Position numbers and translations under genes: made by a program
Origin: Candidatus Pampinifervens sinense
Lineage (GTDB): Bacteria > Aquificota > Aquificia > Aquificales > Aquificaceae
NCBI GenBank assembly: GCA_037927135.1
Contig: JAXSPP010000005.1
Span: forward strand, 82,785-146,784
DNA length: 64,000 nt
Reading direction: 5' to 3'
Shown: positions 58,003 to 64,000 of the stretch, in pieces
How the letters are laid out: each line of letters opens with the position of its first letter
How positions within the stretch are numbered: position 1 is the stretch's first letter
Notes under the pieces: generated by a model
What the model was told of the DNA's origin: nothing
What the model saw: only the letters and a program-made list of their open reading frames with translations
Databases searched by the model: none

Positions 58003-58076
58003 TGGCGGCGGGAGGACTCGAACCTCCGACCTGAGACTTATGAGATCTCCGCTCTAGCCAGCTGAGCTACGCCGCC
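58003..58076 (-). tRNA. tRNA-Met(CAT), probably elongator; CCA not encoded
   Basis: GGCGGCG/CGCCGCC-A acceptor; GAGAT-CTCATAA-GTCTC anticodon arm; paired 1-72 so not initiator; Ile2 not fully excluded. Confidence 0.9.
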
Positions 58077-58125
58077 TACTCAATAATATATTATAATCCA
58101 TTCCCACTGCCTTATAATTTATACC

Positions 58126-59142
58126 ATGGGATACAGGGTAGCAATAGTAGGAGCAACGGGAGAAGTAGGAAGGGCTTTTTTAAGGGTTTTAGAGGAAAGA
58201 AACTTCCCTGTAGAGGATATATATCTTTTTGCTTCAGAAAAATCTGAAGGCCTTGAGCTGACCTTTAAAGGAGAGAGGATAAAGGTCCAAGCTCTAAACA
58301 AGGCCAAAAGTTTCTCTGGCATAGATATTGCCCTCTTTTCTGCAGGCTCCTCTGTGAGCAAGGAGTATGCCCCCAAGTTTGTCTCCGACGGTGCTGTAGT
58401 CATAGATAACTCTTCCGCCTGGAGGCTTGACCCGGATGTGCCCCTTGTGGTGCCCGAGGTAAACCCGGAAGATGTAAAGGATCACAAAGGTATTATAGCC
58501 AACCCTAACTGCTCCACCATACAGATGCTTGTGGCCCTAAAGCCCATATACGATGCGGTGGGCATATCCCATATAGTGGTTTCCACCTATCAGTCCGTTT
58601 CTGGTGCGGGTGCAAAGGCTATAAGGGAGCTTGAGGAGCAGGTAAAGGCCTGGTGTGAAGGGAGAGAAATGCCAGAGGCAAAGCATCTTCCCAAAAGGAT
58701 AGCCTTCAACGTCATACCACAGATAGATGTCTTTACTGAAAACGGCTACACAAAGGAAGAGATGAAGATGCTAAACGAGACTAGGAAGATACTGCATGAT
58801 CCTGAGATAAAGGTCTCAGCCACTTGTGTTAGGGTTCCAGTCTTCTATGGACACTCGGAGGCCATAAGCGTAAAGCTAAAGAAGGAGCTTTCTCCAGAGG
58901 AAGCAAGGGAGATTTTAAGGAAGGCAAAGGGTGTGGTGGTGGTGGATAACCCAGAGGAGAAGGCCTATCCTTTGGCCATAGAGGTGGCAGGAAGGGATGA
59001 GGTCTTTGTGGGAAGGATAAGGAGGGACCTTGTTTTTGAGCCAGGTCTTTCCATGTGGGTGGTGGCTGACAACATACGCAAAGGTGCAGCTACCAACGCA
59101 GTGCAGATAGCGGAGCTTTTACACCAGTATGCCTTGGTTTGA
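58126..59142 (+). CDS. asd: Aspartate-semialdehyde dehydrogenase
   Basis: VGATGEVG, DNSSAWR, ANPNCST, YQSVSGAG, CVRVPVFYGHSE, DNIRKGAA. Confidence 0.98.
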   Translation: MGYRVAIVGATGEVGRAFLRVLEERNFPVEDIYLFASEKSEGLELTFKGERIKVQALNKAKSFSGIDIALFSAGSSVSKEYAPKFVSDGAVVIDNSSAWRLDPDVPLVVPEVNPEDVKDHKGIIANPNCSTIQMLVALKPIYDAVGISHIVVSTYQSVSGAGAKAIRELEEQVKAWCEGREMPEAKHLPKRIAFNVIPQIDVFTENGYTKEEMKMLNETRKILHDPEIKVSATCVRVPVFYGHSEAISVKLKKELSPEEAREILRKAKGVVVVDNPEEKAYPLAIEVAGRDEVFVGRIRRDLVFEPGLSMWVVADNIRKGAATNAVQIAELLHQYALV

Positions 59143-59144
59143 AC

Positions 59145-59564
59145 ATGCTTAGGATAAGGGAAAGGGCCCTAAGGAAGATAATAGAACAGGCAGAAAGGGA
59201 CTATCCTTATGAGACCTGCGGCCTCCTTTTGGGCAAGGTAGAAGGCTCTGTACGCACAGTCTTTGGTGCCTACGAGACACCCAACGCAAACCCAGACAGA
59301 AAGCACGACCGTTATGAGATAGCTCCAGAGGACTATCTAAAGGCTGAAAAGAAGGCAAGGGAGTTTGGCCTTGAAATAGTAGGTGTATACCACTCCCATC
59401 CAGACCATCCCGACAGACCTTCCCAGTTTGACCAAGAGAGGGCCTTTGAAGGCTGGTCCTACATAATACTCTCTGTAAGCAAGGGTAAGGTGGTCTCTTA
59501 CAGAAGCTGGGAGCTAATTGACGGCAAGTTTGTAGAAGAAGAGATTTTAATATTTGGGTTGTGA
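59145..59564 (+). CDS. JAB/Mov34 (M67) metallopeptidase
   Basis: YPYETCGLL, YHSHPDHPDRPSQFD (HxHx7SxxD). Confidence 0.92.
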   Translation: MLRIRERALRKIIEQAERDYPYETCGLLLGKVEGSVRTVFGAYETPNANPDRKHDRYEIAPEDYLKAEKKAREFGLEIVGVYHSHPDHPDRPSQFDQERAFEGWSYIILSVSKGKVVSYRSWELIDGKFVEEEILIFGL

Positions 59565-60001
59565 AGGAAACCATAAGGCTTTGTTTAAAAGAAGCAAAAG
59601 AGGCCTTTGAAAAGGGGGAGGTGCCAGTGGGATGTGTGATAGTGAAAGAAGGTAGGGTGATTGCGAAGGCCCACAACAGGGTGCAAGAATTAAAGGATCC
59701 TACAGCCCATGCTGAGATGCTTGCCATTAGGGAGGCTACAAAAAGCTTGGGTGAGAAGTACCTTTATGGCTGTGAAGTCTATGTAAGCCTTGAGCCTTGC
59801 CCCATGTGTGCTTACGCTTTGGTGCTCTCAAGGGTAGAAAAGGTGGTCTTTTTTGCTCCCGATGAGAGGTATGGGGCTGTTATGAGCAGGTTTAACCTTT
59901 TGGAGGAAGAGGCCTTCAATCACAGAGTAAGGTGGGAGTATATGCCGGTAGAGGAGGCAAGCCTTCTTATTAAGGAATTTTTCAAAAGACTCAGAAGCTG
60001 A
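59561..60001 (+). CDS. tadA: tRNA adenosine(34) deaminase
   Basis: EVPVG, DPTAHAE, LEPCPMC, FF..LR. Confidence 0.93.
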   Translation: MKETIRLCLKEAKEAFEKGEVPVGCVIVKEGRVIAKAHNRVQELKDPTAHAEMLAIREATKSLGEKYLYGCEVYVSLEPCPMCAYALVLSRVEKVVFFAPDERYGAVMSRFNLLEEEAFNHRVRWEYMPVEEASLLIKEFFKRLRS

Positions 60002-60025
60002 ACTATATTTATAATTGATAGCTAC

Positions 60026-61135
60026 ATGGGTGCGTCCTTTGCCCTTATCTTACTTCTTCTCCACATAGCCTTCGGTGCACAAGAGTGTTCAAGGGAGGAG
60101 CTTTTAAAAAATGTAAGGTCCTTGATGGAAAAGAACTACCTCTGGTGGGACAGAATAAAGGATCTTCAGTGGAAGGATGAGGAGGAGCTTCTTCAATATT
60201 TGAGGAAGATAAGGGACAGATGGAGTGCTATAACAAGGCAGGAGGATGAGAGGCTATGGTATTCTTCATCCAAGATGGTAGGCTTAGGTATAAGGTGGGA
60301 CGATAAGGGTTATGTAATAAGAGTTTTTAAGAACTCACCCGCAGAGAAATACGGTATAAAAGAGGGAGACATTATAGTTTCCATAAATGGAGTTAGAGAC
60401 AAAAGCCTTTGGAGGAAGGTCTTGATGGAGGTGGAAAAGGGAGGGATCATAAGGGTGGAGCTCATAAGGGAAGGGCTCTTCAAGGAGGTTGAGGTGGTAA
60501 AAGGAGAGTTTGAAGTGCCTGTGGTAGAAGAGGTAAGGGTGATAAACTACGGTGGTCTTAAGGTGGGCTATGTGAAGATCAACAACTTCACCCAGCCTGC
60601 CCTTGGAGCCTTTGAAAGGGCTATGGAAGAGTTAAAGCAATGGGGCTTTGATGTACTTCTTTTGGATTTAAGAGACAACGGTGGTGGTCTAATCTCTGTG
60701 GCAAAGGGTATAGTGGACATGCTGGCAGGTGGGGAGGGTGTGATGTTTTACCTGGAGGGTAGGAATAGGAACTTTGGGGTATATGAGTTTAAGAACAAGG
60801 AGGGTTTAAACAAGCCTATAGTGGTTTTGGTTGGCAGGCATACAGCCTCTGCAGCCGAGCTTGTGGCTGTACTTTTAAAAAGGTATGCAAAGGCCCTAAT
60901 CGTTGGAGAAAACACCGTTGGAAAGTATGTGGGAAGCAACATATACCCTCTTAACTCCTGCGGTCGTGTCTTGAGGCTTATCACCTTTGAGATGAAACTG
61001 CCAAGTGGAGAGACAATAACGGGAGATAAAGGTATAAACCCAGATTGCAGGCTAAACGGCGACGATTTTGTAAGCAAGTCTATTGAGTGCCTTTCCATCC
61101 ATGGCCTTGGAGTAGTTCCAGCAGGACAGCCCTAA
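60026..61135 (+). CDS. S41 family (CtpA-like) PDZ peptidase
   Basis: Signal peptide, PDZ (GLGI..SPAEK.GIKEGD), DLRDNGGG, TASAAE, T.GK, GINPD. Confidence 0.9.
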   Translation: MGASFALILLLLHIAFGAQECSREELLKNVRSLMEKNYLWWDRIKDLQWKDEEELLQYLRKIRDRWSAITRQEDERLWYSSSKMVGLGIRWDDKGYVIRVFKNSPAEKYGIKEGDIIVSINGVRDKSLWRKVLMEVEKGGIIRVELIREGLFKEVEVVKGEFEVPVVEEVRVINYGGLKVGYVKINNFTQPALGAFERAMEELKQWGFDVLLLDLRDNGGGLISVAKGIVDMLAGGEGVMFYLEGRNRNFGVYEFKNKEGLNKPIVVLVGRHTASAAELVAVLLKRYAKALIVGENTVGKYVGSNIYPLNSCGRVLRLITFEMKLPSGETITGDKGINPDCRLNGDDFVSKSIECLSIHGLGVVPAGQP

Positions 61136-61610
61136 GCTCCTCTCTAGACCTTTGAGTATTTATTGGAATGGCATACTCCGGTGGCACAAACCTCTCCTTT
61201 TGTTTTAGATAAACCTCTATGTCCGCATCGGATATATCCTTCCTGCTTTTAAGCCTCCTTATTATCTCCTCCTCTTGGGCAAAGGCCAAAAGAAAAAGCA
61301 CATCCTTGAACTCCTCTTTTACCAGGTTTCTTTGCCACTCCTCAAGGAAGGTGGCATCCAAAACCACATCCTTCCCTTCCCTTACTTTTTCCTTTGCCCT
61401 TTTTATCATCTCCTTGTAGACTCTTTTGGTCCACTCTTGGGAGTATATGCCCTCTCCATAGGGCACCTTCACCTTTTGAGTAGGCTCTATGCCAGCAAGC
61501 TCTTTTCTTACCTTGTCGCTCCTTATCCATTCAAAGCCAAACTCTTCGTGTAAAAGACTTGCCAAAAAGGACTTGCCAGAGCCAGAGAGGCCCATAACAA
61601 CCACTATCAT
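61080..61610 (-). CDS. P-loop kinase (AAA_33 family)
   Basis: GLSGSGKS, RSD.VRKEL, VVLDATF, SDAD. Confidence 0.85.
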   Translation of the reverse strand: MIVVVMGLSGSGKSFLASLLHEEFGFEWIRSDKVRKELAGIEPTQKVKVPYGEGIYSQEWTKRVYKEMIKRAKEKVREGKDVVLDATFLEEWQRNLVKEEFKDVLFLLAFAQEEEIIRRLKSRKDISDADIEVYLKQKERFVPPEYAIPINTQRSREELRAVLLELLQGHGWKGTQ

Positions 61611-62104
61611 TGAATGCCAAGCTCCTTAAGAAGGGCAGGGCTATAGCCCTCTATGACCTTGTAGTTTTTAAGGATGATGTTATAGGGCGTGCCTTGAACG
61701 TTTAACTTTTCCGCCACCTTTATGTGTTCTTGCACGAGTGGGCAGTCTCTCGCAAGGGGAGGCCTTCCGTCAAACTTTCCAGAGAGGACCTCATCAAGGG
61801 CCTTTAGCCTGTCCTTTGAACAGGCTATGTAGTTGGACTTTGCATAGCTTTCTGGAAAAGTTTTAAAAGGCAGTAAAAACACGTATATCTTGACCTTATC
61901 CAGATGGGGCCTTAGGGCCTTCCACTCCTTTCTGCAGTGTCCGCAGTCGGGGTTTATAAAGCTAATGAGTTCATTTTTACCCTTCCCTACCACTATGGCT
62001 TTGTTCAGTGGTATCTCTTTCACTTGGGATTTTATAAACTCTGTGTAGAGGTCTTGGGGAAAGGATAGACTAAAAACAAAGAGAAGAAGGAAAAGCCATC
62101 TCAT
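61607..62104 (-). CDS. DsbC-like periplasmic thiol:disulfide oxidoreductase
   Basis: Signal peptide, PDCGHC, GTP cis-Pro. Confidence 0.85.
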   Translation of the reverse strand: MRWLFLLLFVFSLSFPQDLYTEFIKSQVKEIPLNKAIVVGKGKNELISFINPDCGHCRKEWKALRPHLDKVKIYVFLLPFKTFPESYAKSNYIACSKDRLKALDEVLSGKFDGRPPLARDCPLVQEHIKVAEKLNVQGTPYNIILKNYKVIEGYSPALLKELGIQ

Positions 62105-62112
62105 AGTGTAAA

Positions 62113-62964
62113 TTATACAGTCAAAGCCCTTATCCTTTCCACCACCTCCCTTATTATCCAATCGGGGGTGGAAGCCCCTGCCGTTATGCCTACCCTTTTG
62201 GCACCTTCAAACCACTCCCCTTTTAGTTCCTCTGCTGTCTCCACATGGTAGCTATTAGGATTTAGGCTTTTGGCTATCTCATAGAGCCTTCTTGTGTTCC
62301 CACTGTTTTTACCACCCACTATGACCATCACATCCACTTTCGGTGCCAATCTATAGACATCCTCCTGCCTTTCGGAGGTGGCGTTGCATATGGTGTTTAT
62401 CACCTTTAATTCCTTTACCCATAGGGCAAGCTCTCCCACCACCTCCTTGAAAAACTGCTCCTTTTGGGTAGTTTGGGCCACCACGCCCACCTTTTCCTTT
62501 CCAAGGGCTTCTTTGAGGTCCTCTTTATTTTCCACCACTATTCCCTTGCCACCGCAATCTTGCAAATACCCAAGGGTACCTATCACCTCAGGGTGGTTCT
62601 TCTCTCCTACCAAAACCACAAAGTAGCCCTCTTGGCAAAGCTTTATAACGGCAGAATGCACAGCCTTAACATAGGGGCATGTGGCATCAATTATTTTCAC
62701 ACCCTTTGAGAGGAGCTCCCTTTCCTTCTGTGGAGGAATGCCGTGAGATCGTATGATCACCTTATGACCTTCCCTTAGCTCCTTTTCATCCTTTAGAAGC
62801 ATAAGGCCCTTATTTTCTAGCCTTTTGACCTCCTGTGGGTTGTGTATGAGAGGCCCCATGCTAAAGACCTTTTCCCCATCCCTTAGAGCTTCTTCCGCAA
62901 GGCTTATGGCCCTTTTTACTCCAAAGCAAAAACCCGCATGTTCCGCTATTATTATCTCAGGCAT
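62113..62964 (-). CDS. ispH: 4-hydroxy-3-methylbut-2-enyl diphosphate reductase
   Basis: AGFCFGV, IHN, SHG, DATCP, HPEV, TICNAT, SGNT, TAGASTP. Confidence 0.98.
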   Translation of the reverse strand: MPEIIIAEHAGFCFGVKRAISLAEEALRDGEKVFSMGPLIHNPQEVKRLENKGLMLLKDEKELREGHKVIIRSHGIPPQKERELLSKGVKIIDATCPYVKAVHSAVIKLCQEGYFVVLVGEKNHPEVIGTLGYLQDCGGKGIVVENKEDLKEALGKEKVGVVAQTTQKEQFFKEVVGELALWVKELKVINTICNATSERQEDVYRLAPKVDVMVIVGGKNSGNTRRLYEIAKSLNPNSYHVETAEELKGEWFEGAKRVGITAGASTPDWIIREVVERIRALTV

Positions 62965-63003
62965 AGGAAGATTATAGGACCTTTAAAGTCTGTTGACCTT
63001 GAG

Positions 63004-63849
63004 CTATCTCATACAAAGGAGGGCCTCTTCTGTAAAGATGCCCTCAAAGACCTTACAAACACTACCTTCAAGGAAGACCTCTTCAAGACCTTGATCAAAG
63101 TCTATCCTCAAGAGTTCTCCGCCCTTTGTATAAACCTCCACAGGCCTCTCTTTCACAAGGCCCTTTTTGTAGGCCACTATGGCGCTGGCTGTGGCACCCG
63201 TTCCGCAGGCAAGGGTCTCAGCCTCCACACCACGCTCGTAGGTCCTTATCCTTATGGCCCTCTCACTTACAGGCTCTATAAAGTTTACGTTGGTGCCCTT
63301 TGGCTCAAACTCCTTGTGAAACCTTATGGCCCTTCCAAGCTTTTTCACATCCAAGCTATCCAAATTTTGCACAACAGCCACAAAGTGTGGCACTCCAGTG
63401 TTTATAAAGCTTCCCTCTATCCTTTGTCCGTCCACATCAAGGACCATATCTCTGAAGCCAAAGGGCTTGGTAAGTTGCACCTTTACCCTTCTACCACTTT
63501 CTAGCACCCAGGCCCTTATGATGCCTGCCAATGTCTCAAACCTTACCTCCTCCCCCACTATGCCTTTTTCATAAGCAAACCTTACTGCACACCTTGATCC
63601 GTTGCCACACATCTCAGCCACAGAGCCGTCGGAGTTGAAAAACCTCCACTTGAAATGGTTCTCTTTGTTTTCTGGATTTTCTATAAGTATTAGGCCGTCC
63701 GCACCTATGCCTATATGTGGAGCGCAAAGCCTTATTACAAAGTCCTTTATTGAAAGACCAAGCCTTTCAATTAACTTATCTACCTTACCATCTCTATTGT
63801 CTATCACTATAAAATCGTTTCCAGAACCTTGCAATTTTGCAAACTCCAT
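63004..63849 (-). CDS. dapF: Diaminopimelate epimerase
   Basis: GSGNDF, NSDGS.AEMCGNG, G.PH, ERGV..ETLACGTGA. Confidence 0.98.
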   Translation of the reverse strand: MEFAKLQGSGNDFIVIDNRDGKVDKLIERLGLSIKDFVIRLCAPHIGIGADGLILIENPENKENHFKWRFFNSDGSVAEMCGNGSRCAVRFAYEKGIVGEEVRFETLAGIIRAWVLESGRRVKVQLTKPFGFRDMVLDVDGQRIEGSFINTGVPHFVAVVQNLDSLDVKKLGRAIRFHKEFEPKGTNVNFIEPVSERAIRIRTYERGVEAETLACGTGATASAIVAYKKGLVKERPVEVYTKGGELLRIDFDQGLEEVFLEGSVCKVFEGIFTEEALLCMR

Positions 63850-63930
63850 GCTAAAATATTATACACTTCACTTTACGCCGAGTGAGAAATTCCCTTTAAG
63901 CTAAACCTTCCATATCAATAAAAAGACAGC

Positions 63931-63974
63931 AGGGCTACTATAATAGTAGCCCTAAAAACCATCGGAGGTTTTTA
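63931..63974. other. Two adjacent perfect hairpins
   Basis: AGGGCTACTA-TAA-TAGTAGCCCT and TAAAAACC-ATCGGA-GGTTTTTA. Confidence 0.55.
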
Positions 63975-64000
63975 CCATGGAAATTATACCACCTTACCTA

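Noticed and set aside
62938-63504. 188-aa plus-strand ORF
   Set aside because: Antisense shadow of dapF; no motifs or RBS

Overview
Compact, gene-dense chromosomal segment from a member of the Aquificaceae (Hydrogenobacter/Thermocrinis/Aquifex-like). This placement is inferred from the split LeuRS beta subunit, an orphan atpA, a SecA insertion, the forDABGEF operon, an Aquifex-type FlgM and an ATP-dependent DNA ligase. About 80 CDS and 3 tRNAs (Ser-TGA, Leu-TAA, Met-CAT) are supported; no CRISPR array, transposase, integrase or prophage was seen. Main blocks: (i) the reverse-TCA 2-oxoacid:ferredoxin oxidoreductase operon forDABGEF, continuing into a COG0523 GTPase and an SbtA/SbtB bicarbonate-uptake pair; (ii) a full sulfur-oxidising sHdr-LbpA cluster; (iii) feoAB plus an unannotated 27-aa Cys-Cys membrane peptide; (iv) a sigma54 glnB-glnA-amtB operon extended by a glutamine amidotransferase and an outer-membrane beta-barrel; (v) housekeeping genes and an AT-rich chemoreceptor. 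Best candidates for something undescribed: a 25-codon upstream ORF with its own strong Shine-Dalgarno that overlaps the speD (AdoMet decarboxylase) start out of frame, a possible polyamine-sensing leader; a GC-rich three-way-junction RNA between tRNA-Leu and feoA; pervasive leaderless starts whose -10 box often reuses the upstream TAA stop; and a repeated ATAAGAA-N3-CTTA operator-like motif in the sHdr promoters. All product calls come from motif and sequence recognition without database searches.
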